64,000 nt of DNA from a virus. Its lineage: Duplodnaviria; Heunggongvirae; Uroviricota; Caudoviricetes. Position numbers and translations under genes: made by a program. The notes beneath the pieces are model-generated. The model ran no database searches and was not told where the DNA came from. It worked only from the letters and a program-made list of their open reading frames with translations. Location: the IMG/VR virus record IMGVR_UViG_3300028887_000066, positions 1 to 64,000 of that record; one strand, written 5' to 3'. This document shows, in pieces, positions 1-10,392 of the stretch (positions are counted from its first letter, which is position 1; each line of letters opens with the position of its first letter).

Positions 1-2
1 AT

Positions 3-1814
3 AAGGTCATCTATCTCATCCCCGTCACCCTCAATGTTTACGTTGCCCTTTATGGTCATGTTTCCGTTAATATCCCATTCTATAGCACCGTTGCATATAT
101 ACCCTGAACCGTCAGACCTGAACTCAGTAGTGCTTCCTCCTACAGGAAGATTAGTTTCATTCGCATAGTCAAGCACCTCCTGCTTAATGGAACCACCAAC
201 TGTGAGGTCACCAGCAATCTTCACGCTTCCATCAGGATCCCATGATATTGCGCCTCCCGCAAGTGAGCCTGCACCGTCAGGATAGAACACCGTGGCAGCA
301 TTTGAATTATCTTTACCAAATGAGATAATGCTGTTTCCAAGCCCGTCAGCAATCTCATCTACGGACAATACACCTTCAATACGCACATCTTTCTTAATGG
401 TCATCGTACCGAACCTGTCCCAATATATGTTTCCTCCAGCAAGCCATCCTGAGCCGTCCCTATTGAATATTGTGCTTGCATTGGTTCCACCAGCAAACTC
501 CAAATCGGTTTCAGAAAGCCCTTCAATAACATCACCGATTCCCAACTGTCCTCTGATAACCATGTCACCCGCTGCATTCCAAGAAATGCCACTATTCGCT
601 ATCCATCCTGAACCATCTGACCCAAAATATGAATTTCCTCCATTAATTGTGAGGTCAATCGATGTTAAAGAACTTGCAACAGTTTCACCAAGCAAGTAAA
701 TCTTAGTGGCACTAAGGCTAATCGTACTTCCTGTGTCGTTAATCTGAGCAATAATGGAAGCCATTAATGGATTACCATTGATGTCCGTACTTCCCGAAGG
801 CCCTGACACCATCAATCCAACCATTCTTGCCGTCTGGAATATTTCTGACAATGTAACGCTGCTATTTCCTGTCATTTCCGATACCACGCTTTCCAAACGG
901 TTATTCACGGCATCGTATTTCAGCCAATATTCGTTCAATTGTCCAGCAACAGCATCATAGTACGACATAGCCTCCTTCAACTGTCCCTCGGCAATATCAA
1001 TTCTATTGTTGTATATGGTGACTGCTGATGTAAGGGCATTCACATATTCCGCAATTGTCTCCATGAATCCAGAATACGGTGCAATCACCGTATAGAATTC
1101 CGTCTTTGTACATGCGCTCTTATCAATATAGCCCCACATTTTTTCCTCGAATCCCAAAAGCTCATTTTGGACATAGGTGATATATCCTGAGTCGTTGGTC
1201 AATGCGGATAACTGCCCAGCGAAATCGATAAGTGCATCTTGAGACCATTTAAGTCTTTCATTAATCTCGGCAGTAACGGCATTTAATATTTCTTCACGAA
1301 GATTCTCAAGGTCTTGTCTTTGTGATTCAAGTTCAAGAATTATATTATTCGAATCGCCGTCCCTACCATCGTCACCATTTAAACCATTTACACCACTGAT
1401 GCCGTTTTTTATAATCGCATCATAATGCGTATTGTTGGTAAGATAGAAGCGGATAATCGTATAGCCTACCTCATATATCGTTTTTATACTAAGGATGCCG
1501 ACACCCTTCTCACCCTGTGGGCCGTTATAGTAAGTACCTGCATACTGAAGCAAACCACATGACGTATCATCGACGTTGAAATAATATTTGTAATCCAACA
1601 TCTGAATGTGCCTTCCATCAGGATCGGCATTTATGATTGAACATAACGTCTCATATTTTGTGGCATATGTTTCCTCATCAAGATTCTTGACAACTTCAGA
1701 AATCCTTGCATCATCCTGAATTTGTGTAGTTATGAATGGGTTGCCTCCGTATATGTCTGTAAGATAAGCGAATTTACAGTCGGTTATTCGCCATTTATAT
1801 ACAATTCCGCTCAT
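3..1814 (-). CDS. Tail fibre protein, C-terminus runs off the window; paralog of 1829..3286
   Basis: Absent from the ORF track. Manual translation from the ATG at 1814 gives MSGIVYKWRITDCKFAYLTDIYGGNPFI..., open to the window edge. It has short collagen-like G-X-Y stretches, a coiled-coil region and four repeats of F..DG(S/A)G..(A/C).G.I.W...G...I near the end. Confidence 0.8.
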   Translation of the reverse strand, partial: MSGIVYKWRITDCKFAYLTDIYGGNPFITTQIQDDARISEVVKNLDEETYATKYETLCSIINADPDGRHIQMLDYKYYFNVDDTSCGLLQYAGTYYNGPQGEKGVGILSIKTIYEVGYTIIRFYLTNNTHYDAIIKNGISGVNGLNGDDGRDGDSNNIILELESQRQDLENLREEILNAVTAEINERLKWSQDALIDFAGQLSALTNDSGYITYVQNELLGFEEKMWGYIDKSACTKTEFYTVIAPYSGFMETIAEYVNALTSAVTIYNNRIDIAEGQLKEAMSYYDAVAGQLNEYWLKYDAVNNRLESVVSEMTGNSSVTLSEIFQTARMVGLMVSGPSGSTDINGNPLMASIIAQINDTGSTISLSATKIYLLGETVASSLTSIDLTINGGNSYFGSDGSGWIANSGISWNAAGDMVIRGQLGIGDVIEGLSETDLEFAGGTNASTIFNRDGSGWLAGGNIYWDRFGTMTIKKDVRIEGVLSVDEIADGLGNSIISFGKDNSNAATVFYPDGAGSLAGGAISWDPDGSVKIAGDLTVGGSIKQEVLDYANETNLPVGGSTTEFRSDGSGYICNGAIEWDINGNMTIKGNVNIEGDGDEIDDL

Positions 1815-1828
1815 TTATGCTTATATAT

Positions 1829-3286
1829 TTAAACTCCGCTCAATTGGCGTTTTATATTTTCTATATCGTTTGTGTTTCCTGATACCACGATGCTTATATC
1901 CTTTACCCTCTGTATCAATTGATCAACATTCGGGTCAAGGAACCCCATCGTCTGTTCGTACAGGTTCTGGTATTCACGTTGATGGGCCGTGGCACTCTGT
2001 TCAATCATATCAATTCTCTCTGTAATAACGGACAAGTCGCCTTGTGTCATCATCGTTATCATACTTCGGACTGTCGCACTTGTCACTGCTGCTTCACTAA
2101 TATTGTCATAGTTCTCCGCCAATATAGTAACATTTGTCGTCAATCCGCTGATATTTCCTCTGACTTCATCCCTGAAATCATTCAGTAACCAATCAATATC
2201 AGCTTCATCAATCTCTTGTTTCTGTTTTATTGAGTCAAAATCGGTACTTACGGTAACGGCTGAATCCATTGCTTGCTGACAAGCAAGCTCAACCCTGTCA
2301 ATTCTTTCATTACACAAGTCAAAACGCTCAAATATGTCTTCGACAAACCCCGAAAATAATAGCTGTCTTTCATTGATTATCCTCAGTAATTCCATTACTT
2401 CTGTATAATCCCTATTAACATCTTCAATTTTGGTATTGATTTCATTAACTTGTCTTTGAATCTCCTCAATAGCCTCTTCTACCGAATTAAGCTCTTGTTC
2501 CCTTGTAGTAGCTGATGCTACCGCCCCTCTTGCAATAATACTTGCCGTGGCAGCGGACTGCAACGCTCTCGTGGATTTGTCGAATGCCTCGTTAGCCCTG
2601 TTATCAACAGCCTCTACCATTGATGTAAGCTCATTTGCTGCATTGATGGCATCCCTTGTCGCCCCACTTACAAGCTGAATATCACTATAAAGATTATTGA
2701 ATGTTTCAGAAATACCCGACATTATGGTTTCCTTTATAACCTCTGTCAGGTTCATTTCATTCACTATCTGCCGTACAACGTTTTCATCAAGTTCTCCAGC
2801 CTCACCGTCAACGCCTGAAGCACCGACGGCTCCTGTAACACCTCTTTCACCCTGTGAGCCATCTCTTCCATCAACACCGTCATTGATAACAATAGGATAC
2901 GAAGCCCCGTTGGTAAGGATGAAAGTAATGGTATTGACACCATTCACTTTGCTCTGTACTATCTCCGAAATACCGACACCTTGAATACCGTAATTGACGG
3001 TAGAACACGCACTGTTATTATCCATATTGTAGAAATATGAGTAATCTGGCATCTCGATATACTTTCCATCCTCATCCTCGTGTATGATACTACACATCTG
3101 ATCATACTTATTTGCATACGCCACCTCATTGAGCGTATTTGCTGCAAGTGATATTGCACTGTCATCAACAGGCTCACCACCATGCATTCCGCCAACCGCA
3201 ATAAACGGATTTCCGTCACCGTCCGTTCCAGTCGTGATGTATGCGTATTTTTGATCGGTTATTCGCCACTTATAAGCTGAAGCCAT
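1829..3286 (-). CDS. Tail fibre-like protein (collagen-like repeat plus coiled coil)
   Basis: 485 aa. Contains a GVDGRDGSQGERGVTGAVGASGVDGEAGE collagen run and a long helical C-terminal half. The N-terminal YKWRITD.K.AY...GNPFI domain is shared with the downstream gene. Confidence 0.7.
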   Translation of the reverse strand: MASAYKWRITDQKYAYITTGTDGDGNPFIAVGGMHGGEPVDDSAISLAANTLNEVAYANKYDQMCSIIHEDEDGKYIEMPDYSYFYNMDNNSACSTVNYGIQGVGISEIVQSKVNGVNTITFILTNGASYPIVINDGVDGRDGSQGERGVTGAVGASGVDGEAGELDENVVRQIVNEMNLTEVIKETIMSGISETFNNLYSDIQLVSGATRDAINAANELTSMVEAVDNRANEAFDKSTRALQSAATASIIARGAVASATTREQELNSVEEAIEEIQRQVNEINTKIEDVNRDYTEVMELLRIINERQLLFSGFVEDIFERFDLCNERIDRVELACQQAMDSAVTVSTDFDSIKQKQEIDEADIDWLLNDFRDEVRGNISGLTTNVTILAENYDNISEAAVTSATVRSMITMMTQGDLSVITERIDMIEQSATAHQREYQNLYEQTMGFLDPNVDQLIQRVKDISIVVSGNTNDIENIKRQLSGV

Positions 3287-3311
3287 ATATAATATTCAAT
3301 TTTGCTTTTTA

Positions 3312-6300
3312 TTAAGGTTCTATCTCACTATTTTTCGCATTGTACCTGTTAGTAAGAACAACTGAATCCTCTGCCAAACCTGCCGCCTTACCCTTCTCGA
3401 ACTTACCAAGTGAAGCCTCTTCACCAAGTATTGAAATCTCAAGCAATGTGGTTGATGGTATTATCTGTTTCAGATAAGGAAGAACGGATGAATAAAGATA
3501 ATCCCTAAAAATATCCCCCAATACATATTTTCCGTTAAACTGTATCCTGAGCTTTTTTGTATTGATAACAGAATATGCGGCACTTTCATCATAATTCTTT
3601 ACACCAGTCTCAAATGCCTTAGGTTCAAACCATGATTTATATGTTGTATCATATTCCGCATCCTTACCTACCTTTACCGCCTTGTCTTCTGTGGGTGTAA
3701 ATACCAATTCCCCATCATCACCTTCAAGGGCGTATATCATTTTATTGTTATCTGTATTGGTAAAATACCAACACTTCATGTTATCTTTCTGTTCGACAAG
3801 CTCGAATCCTATCTTCTCTATTTCATCTGTTTTAAGCTCACCTGTATAGCAATCATAGGCGTTTTCATTAAATGCCTCATTTTTAATACTATAATAAAAA
3901 AGCTTTCTGAAATACTCAAGGAATTCTTCACCATCATCATACATTCCCTTTCCTATGTGTGGGGCATTTCCTTTATTGTCATCGATCAACGATTCAAGAT
4001 ACAATACCCTCAAACCGTCATTCAGTCCATGCTCAATATCATAATTAGGGATATTCTCCCAACCGCTATCATCGCCGTCTTTCTTGAAATAATAACCTGA
4101 ATTGGTATCATTCAGTATAAAATAATGCGATGTGTTCGGACTCGGCTGTTCCCCATATTTGTCTATATATTCCGACAAGTCATAGACATAGAATATATCA
4201 TTACCATGTAATCTGTCAAGTGTAACTGACTGTAAATCACTAAGTGTCCTTACAATATTGATGTATTTGAATGATTCATCATAAAATCTTACACCGCTTA
4301 CCGTCTTGTCATATACGTTAGTCCATGTAACAATGAACTCGTCATAGTTCTTTTGTGACACGATAACAGTAGTACCGCTATTGTTGCAAGTATAGCCTGA
4401 TACCCCATCTGCTACATATGTCACCTTATTATCGGCCCCTATAGCAATAATTCTGCTGTCCGTTATATCGGTATTACCTGATGTAATAGCGGAAGCCACC
4501 ATGACAGTATCTCCACTGTTTACCGAACCGATGAAACAATATTGCCACTCAGTATCACCAGAAGCAATAGAGTAATCATAATCATCACCTGCGGCAACAC
4601 CGTCGAATGCATATTCACCGTCAATAAAATCATCAAGAAGGAACTGTGTTTCCGTAGTAGCCGAAACTGTTCTGTCCTTTGTTAAATATATTTCCTCTAA
4701 TAATGTAAGATTGTTTTCCTCAAGACGTTTTTTATACATCTTTCCCCATCCTCCATACATTTGGAAATATGGATTCCCATCATATTCCTCAAGCTTGTCA
4801 AACCAAGGTACGATATAGTATGTCATTCCATCCTTTGACGGGAAAAATGCACATGGAAGTCCTTGCAATGAATCTCCCTCACTATCAAATCCCTCTTTAT
4901 AGCTGTTGTACTTCTCAATAAGAGAATCGTTTGAATTTACTGATATTCCACTTTCACCTCCACTTGCAACATTGACATATTCAGTCAATGTATAGTCAAA
5001 CATATTATAAAAATTATTCCTTGAATTACCTGACAATGCATCGAAATTTGCAGGTGCGGAACCGCTGTATCTCTTGTTATAGGTTTTTACAAAATCAGTC
5101 CTTGCGCTTACATTAAGCCCCTCGTACCACGCTTTCCTGAAATCATACGACACCATACCGAACAACGAAAGCAACGACTCTATTCCCGCCTTGCTGCCCT
5201 TCATCGAGAAAATAGACCTTGAATTAAGCTTGAGGTTTCTCATGAATTCGTTGTCCGTGTCACTTACGGTGTATTTTCTTGTCTTCACTTTTTTGCTGCC
5301 TGTCCCGTCCATCATTGAATAGAACGCGGCATTTGTATCAAGCCCGTTAACAGAACTGTAAACTTCCCATCCTGACAATTCCAACGAATCTGAAAGGAAA
5401 TAATCTGGAGTGTTACTATATTGATTATATGTGACTACATTTACTGACTTGATATTGTCAATTGACCGTTTAATATCATCGAAGAAACGTCCATACATCA
5501 TTATGACATTTTCCATTCTCGCGGTTCCTGTCCTGTAGTCATCTGTATCTTCCGTACTGTTTGCCCTTGTATAAGTCAAGTCCATGTTCTTTATTGAATC
5601 ATGGGTCATCATATTCCAAAGGTTGTTGGTATATCCTTCGTCATAAAACTCGGCCAAGTTAAGCAAAGACTCTATGTAATCAGTATATTGGCTTGTAGTG
5701 ACATCCAAATTCCACCCAAAATGCGTCGGCCAAGTAAGTGACTTCTTATATGTCATAACACCCTTGTCGGTCTCATGAGGATAGTCTATAGTGCAAGTAT
5801 ATAATGGAATCGTATTCCTGTTAAGCAAAAGCCTCTCAAAGTCCGTCAATGATTCAAAATACTGTTCGATCAAAGCTTGTGTCGGACGTATCGTAACACC
5901 ATTATACGAAATATCAGTAAGCAAATAGTATTCACCGTTACTGTAATATTCATATATATAGAACTTTTTAATACTTGAATTTTCGGGATACCTCAAGCTG
6001 CTATTCAACATTACACATCCTGTAAATTCTCCGTCATAACACCCATCTTTCTTATAAAGTACCTCCCAGTCACAGGCGCACGCCATCATTGTCCCGCTTG
6101 GGTTGTTGATGTTGTAGTTGTTTGACGATAAACAGAAAAACCTCAACTTGTTTATATCACTGTCCTTTGAATAATCAACGTGCTTTTTGAATACGTCTAT
6201 ATTAAACGGATTGCTTATTTCAACAAGCCTTGTAACTCCTCTTCCAGGGCCGTCAAGCATTGGTTTCCCGTTTTCACTTAACCACCTGTTAGCATGTGTT

Positions 6301-6806
6301 ATGTCATTTGATATATCAAATCCGAAATACTCCGATTGTTGAAAATTTTTATCGTAATAATACACAACACTATCCTTCACATATAATTCCGCAGGATAAT
6401 TTTTAAGAATGTTGCTGACAGATGTTTTAATTAATTCCACACAGCTTCCATAATAGGCAAAGTCAAGTAATGACCCGAAATTAGGCTTTATCTTGATGGT
6501 TTTTGTGCTTGTATGTGTATCGTTACTTATACAGTTAAGCGTCCAATACTCACCTGTGTTAGTGCCATCGACACATACGTCCTGTTTCAGCCAATCACCA
6601 AAATTATGCTTACGCATGCCATTCGATGACATACGCCTGACCATCTTGAAGTTGTTTTCGCTGAACGGGAATACGTCTCCGTGGAAAGAACCGTTTTGAG
6701 TGGTCGTCATGTAATCCCTCTCATAGATTCTTCCCGCCGCAGTGGTTTTGTGCTTAGTCTTTATCGAATAGTTGCTTCTCGATACTATATATCTGTCAAC
6801 TGCCAT
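3312..6806 (-). CDS. Baseplate wedge-like virion protein (P2 gpI / T4 gp7-like motif)
   Basis: 1164 aa. The IFSMKGSKAGIESLLSLFG motif resembles the KGT..GI...L motif of gpI/gp7 wedge proteins. It lies in the baseplate/fibre operon. Confidence 0.5.
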   Translation of the reverse strand: MAVDRYIVSRSNYSIKTKHKTTAAGRIYERDYMTTTQNGSFHGDVFPFSENNFKMVRRMSSNGMRKHNFGDWLKQDVCVDGTNTGEYWTLNCISNDTHTSTKTIKIKPNFGSLLDFAYYGSCVELIKTSVSNILKNYPAELYVKDSVVYYYDKNFQQSEYFGFDISNDITHANRWLSENGKPMLDGPGRGVTRLVEISNPFNIDVFKKHVDYSKDSDINKLRFFCLSSNNYNINNPSGTMMACACDWEVLYKKDGCYDGEFTGCVMLNSSLRYPENSSIKKFYIYEYYSNGEYYLLTDISYNGVTIRPTQALIEQYFESLTDFERLLLNRNTIPLYTCTIDYPHETDKGVMTYKKSLTWPTHFGWNLDVTTSQYTDYIESLLNLAEFYDEGYTNNLWNMMTHDSIKNMDLTYTRANSTEDTDDYRTGTARMENVIMMYGRFFDDIKRSIDNIKSVNVVTYNQYSNTPDYFLSDSLELSGWEVYSSVNGLDTNAAFYSMMDGTGSKKVKTRKYTVSDTDNEFMRNLKLNSRSIFSMKGSKAGIESLLSLFGMVSYDFRKAWYEGLNVSARTDFVKTYNKRYSGSAPANFDALSGNSRNNFYNMFDYTLTEYVNVASGGESGISVNSNDSLIEKYNSYKEGFDSEGDSLQGLPCAFFPSKDGMTYYIVPWFDKLEEYDGNPYFQMYGGWGKMYKKRLEENNLTLLEEIYLTKDRTVSATTETQFLLDDFIDGEYAFDGVAAGDDYDYSIASGDTEWQYCFIGSVNSGDTVMVASAITSGNTDITDSRIIAIGADNKVTYVADGVSGYTCNNSGTTVIVSQKNYDEFIVTWTNVYDKTVSGVRFYDESFKYINIVRTLSDLQSVTLDRLHGNDIFYVYDLSEYIDKYGEQPSPNTSHYFILNDTNSGYYFKKDGDDSGWENIPNYDIEHGLNDGLRVLYLESLIDDNKGNAPHIGKGMYDDGEEFLEYFRKLFYYSIKNEAFNENAYDCYTGELKTDEIEKIGFELVEQKDNMKCWYFTNTDNNKMIYALEGDDGELVFTPTEDKAVKVGKDAEYDTTYKSWFEPKAFETGVKNYDESAAYSVINTKKLRIQFNGKYVLGDIFRDYLYSSVLPYLKQIIPSTTLLEISILGEEASLGKFEKGKAAGLAEDSVVLTNRYNAKNSEIEP

Positions 6807-6816
6807 TACTCAGCCG

Positions 6817-7731
6817 TTAAATATTCCTTATTATATTCTGTAAATCTGTTTCCTGATCAAATGAAATGTTATCATCATTCTTGATCTTGAAATCATGGTT
6901 GATTCCTCTTGCTGGATTGGTTATATTGCCATACAATGCCTGTTCGATGATATTACCGTCATCGTCAAATGTAGTAATAACACCTTTGTCAAGGTCACGT
7001 ATCTGTGTATTAGTCTGTAATGCATACAAGCTGTCAATATCGTGCTGAACCATCTCTATCTCAAGCATCACAGGATTGAACTTGGTACTTACCAATGCTA
7101 TTTTCTCATCGACTTTACCTATATATGGCTTACTGCTGCTATTGAATGACAGTGCCATACTTGGTGTAACCGTACAAAATACAAGGTTGCTTGAATCATT
7201 GAATCTGTACCTTATTCCCTTTGCCGTAGAATCATTCATGTTTTGTGCAACAGGCTCACACTTGTTGTTAGATGTGATTATCCTGTACTCACCATTTCTG
7301 TTTTGTTTTCCTTCATCAAAAAATTCCACTCTATAGCCCTGCAAAGCACCATTGACAAACATCGAATTATTCCCTCCAACGAAATCTGTTGAGTCCAATA
7401 CTATTCCGCTGATGTTAGGATATGCGGCCAACGTGCTTACATCGGTTATCTTTCCGTATACTTCCTTTGGCTTTATATAGATAGTATAAATTCCGATCTT
7501 ACCGAAAATATTCAATGGCAGACGCATATCATACATTCCAGGAAGCACGGAAATATCCGTATCATCAGACAGTGGGGCCTTTGTATTAGCCAACAAATTG
7601 CTGTCTAATTTCTTGAAATTCTCAAACCCCGTTGCCTCACTGCTTCTCGATGGTCTGTAATAGTAGTATATATCGACATCGGACGGAGTTACCAACGCAG
7701 GTTTCTTAGTTCCGTAAACGCCATTTGCCAT
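6817..7731 (-). CDS. Putative virion structural protein
   Basis: 304 aa ORF co-oriented within the structural operon. Confidence 0.55.
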   Translation of the reverse strand: MANGVYGTKKPALVTPSDVDIYYYYRPSRSSEATGFENFKKLDSNLLANTKAPLSDDTDISVLPGMYDMRLPLNIFGKIGIYTIYIKPKEVYGKITDVSTLAAYPNISGIVLDSTDFVGGNNSMFVNGALQGYRVEFFDEGKQNRNGEYRIITSNNKCEPVAQNMNDSTAKGIRYRFNDSSNLVFCTVTPSMALSFNSSSKPYIGKVDEKIALVSTKFNPVMLEIEMVQHDIDSLYALQTNTQIRDLDKGVITTFDDDGNIIEQALYGNITNPARGINHDFKIKNDDNISFDQETDLQNIIRNI

Positions 7732-7800
7732 ATTTTTATCGTAGATTTAAAATAACCATTATCTTTAACATAAATATAAACCCCCATATATTTTTGTCAA

Positions 7801-10392
7801 CTACAACTTAAAGAAATTGTTCTTGTAATTTTCAAGATCTGCAAACGTGTTGACTTCGCTTAAAATATGGTGTCTTTCAAAGGATGAAACCCCATTAGGG
7901 TTCCTATCAATGTACCCGTCAACTTCAGCCTTAATATCTGTGACACCCAATATAGATTCATCGACATATCCGTCTATTTCTTGAAATGTGCTGTATATCA
8001 TATGAGGCTCGTAATGCACCGCCGCCATTCCGTTTTCAAGCTCAATGAATCCCTCATCACCATTATATATGAATGACTTATCATAATCTATTTTAATGTA
8101 ATAAAATAACGATATTTTCCTATAGTAATGGTCTTTCCTAAATACATACACATCCTGTCCGCCAGTGGTCTTCTTTGTAACAGTATCGCCTGTATAGTGA
8201 TATATAACATTAACGCTTGCCTGCGTTATCTTAGGCATTGTATCCGTATCGATCCGTGCAAAACTTGATATATCATCTGTATCGTTCACTTCCAACCAAG
8301 AATATTGTCCGTCATAATTACCCAAATACTGTGAAATTGTATATGGATGCCATTCTATGAAATCTATCCCCGTGTTCTTTACAGATGAATCGTCATTCGT
8401 ATTGATTATCCTGTCAATAGAATATTCAAACCCTATCAGGTTATTATTAGCTATATTGCTGTAATATTTAGTGTTGGTATTCGTAGTTATTGCGCTTGCT
8501 CCATTACATATTGCCGTAAATACATTATTATGCCCATATATAAAATCGTGGTCAATACTGCATTCTTTCACATACCCATCACTATCAAACTGTATTGAAA
8601 AATATATGTACTCGTCCTGTATATCAAATATGAGGTCAAAATTCACAAAGCTCTTCAAGCCTTTGTGTTTCTCCCAATCAGTACGTCTTGTGGTAGCTAC
8701 CACCCCATTGTTGTTCAGCTTGAGACCGTCTCCGAAATGCAAGTTTTCATTTGTGAAACCGTCATTCTCTATTTTGAAAAAATGCCTTTGGGTATCAGCA
8801 TAATAACTGCTGAAATAAAAATTAATTACATTATTTTCGTTATCAAGATAGAAAAACGCTTCATCCTTATTAGTAAAACCTAATATTTCCTCATCTCCTG
8901 GAATAGTGGCTACCTCAGTAACCTCTTGAATCTCATCGTATTTAGGTTTTCCTGTGTGGCTGAATTTCAACGTCTCAAGAATGTTCGTATACAATTGTCC
9001 ATCTGCATGATACTTGACTTTCGTACTTCCAAGACAATATCTCAACTCACTGAATTGAGTTCCATCTGTAGCCACAAATGGTAATTCTCCGCCATTCTCC
9101 TCAAACGATTTCCTGTATCTTAATATCTCATTTATCCTACTTTTAGAGTAACCTGTAACACCGCTTGGTGGCAGTTCGTCATCTTCAGAGCCATTCAATT
9201 CACTTGCCTTTATCCAATGCTTTGGCCTTCCCGATGCCTCGTAAAATTCATCAAAATATGTAACTTTCTTTTCAGAATCATATTTTCCATTATAATACAT
9301 CGCTTTCCTGTAAAAATGCGGAATTCCATTAACCACTTCTATCTTTACCTCGGTGTCATTATGTGCGGCATTTTTACAAGCGTTGTATACAGACTCAGAC
9401 ACTTCTATATATTCGGTATATGGCGGCCAATATAGTATAAATGCCGATTCGTCTGTATCTCCGCTTAACTTATATCTTACTGTATTTCCCGCATAGTATT
9501 TTTTCCCAGGAATCCACTCTTCAATGTATGGTAGCAATAATCCCATTGCACTAGCCTCTCCTTCCATATACAATGGCATATTGATATAAGGTATTGAACT
9601 TACCGATCTCATATTATCAATAAGAATGTTATCCTTATTTAAGAAAAAATCGGAAAAATAGTAAAATTCTTCTTCGTAGTTTCTATCATCTACCTTGAAT
9701 ATCTTCCAAATTTCATCCCTTAATGCTGATACGGCGATAATTTTACACCATCCATTGCCGTTCCAACATTCAAAACCATAGTTTTCACTTACAAATGAAC
9801 CATCCTTATTTACGACAACATGTATATCACCATATGTTACCCCACTACCATTTTCAATGGGTTTGAATTGCCCTAAAGTGCAATAGTCCAACGACGCTAC
9901 GCTTGGGAGACTTGTAAGAACCGTAGTACATCCAGACGGGTGGTTGAAATAGAAATCGAAATTGTCAACATCGGCTATTTCGACCCAATGATATTTTTCC
10001 TTTTTCCTGCAAAACTTATAAAACCTCATTTCTTCGATATATTTTCTAAGAAGATAAAACCTATCTTCCATTACTTTATACCGCAACACGAGGTTTTCAT
10101 TACATTTGGTGTCGCCACTGTCATCTTCATTAAAACCACAATATACTAAAGGCAATGTATCTGACAAATCTATAAGGGATTCATAATCCAAACCCCTGCC
10201 GTCATTGATTATGTTATTAAAAGGTGTAATATTATTGTTTCTCTTAAAAACTAAATCAACGGGAAAATGTCCCCAACTCGTATATTCATCGGTTGTGGCC
10301 TCCAACAAATCACCATCGTCATACGACGACATTCTATTGTCGTTATAGTTCCTTATCCTGTCAAATACTACAGTTTTTTTTATTGGTTCCAT
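7801..10392 (-). CDS. Putative virion/baseplate protein
   Basis: 863 aa. Overlaps the upstream gene by 13 nt. The EEWIPGKKYYAGNTVRY motif resembles a CBM5/12-type W..G..Y..G..V.Y module. Confidence 0.5.
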   Translation of the reverse strand: MEPIKKTVVFDRIRNYNDNRMSSYDDGDLLEATTDEYTSWGHFPVDLVFKRNNNITPFNNIINDGRGLDYESLIDLSDTLPLVYCGFNEDDSGDTKCNENLVLRYKVMEDRFYLLRKYIEEMRFYKFCRKKEKYHWVEIADVDNFDFYFNHPSGCTTVLTSLPSVASLDYCTLGQFKPIENGSGVTYGDIHVVVNKDGSFVSENYGFECWNGNGWCKIIAVSALRDEIWKIFKVDDRNYEEEFYYFSDFFLNKDNILIDNMRSVSSIPYINMPLYMEGEASAMGLLLPYIEEWIPGKKYYAGNTVRYKLSGDTDESAFILYWPPYTEYIEVSESVYNACKNAAHNDTEVKIEVVNGIPHFYRKAMYYNGKYDSEKKVTYFDEFYEASGRPKHWIKASELNGSEDDELPPSGVTGYSKSRINEILRYRKSFEENGGELPFVATDGTQFSELRYCLGSTKVKYHADGQLYTNILETLKFSHTGKPKYDEIQEVTEVATIPGDEEILGFTNKDEAFFYLDNENNVINFYFSSYYADTQRHFFKIENDGFTNENLHFGDGLKLNNNGVVATTRRTDWEKHKGLKSFVNFDLIFDIQDEYIYFSIQFDSDGYVKECSIDHDFIYGHNNVFTAICNGASAITTNTNTKYYSNIANNNLIGFEYSIDRIINTNDDSSVKNTGIDFIEWHPYTISQYLGNYDGQYSWLEVNDTDDISSFARIDTDTMPKITQASVNVIYHYTGDTVTKKTTGGQDVYVFRKDHYYRKISLFYYIKIDYDKSFIYNGDEGFIELENGMAAVHYEPHMIYSTFQEIDGYVDESILGVTDIKAEVDGYIDRNPNGVSSFERHHILSEVNTFADLENYKNNFFKL

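Noticed and set aside
292-960. Short ORFs in the track at the window start, and similar short antisense ORFs throughout
   Set aside because: They are shadows of long genes on the opposite strand or in other frames. Here the real gene is the minus-strand fibre 3..1814.
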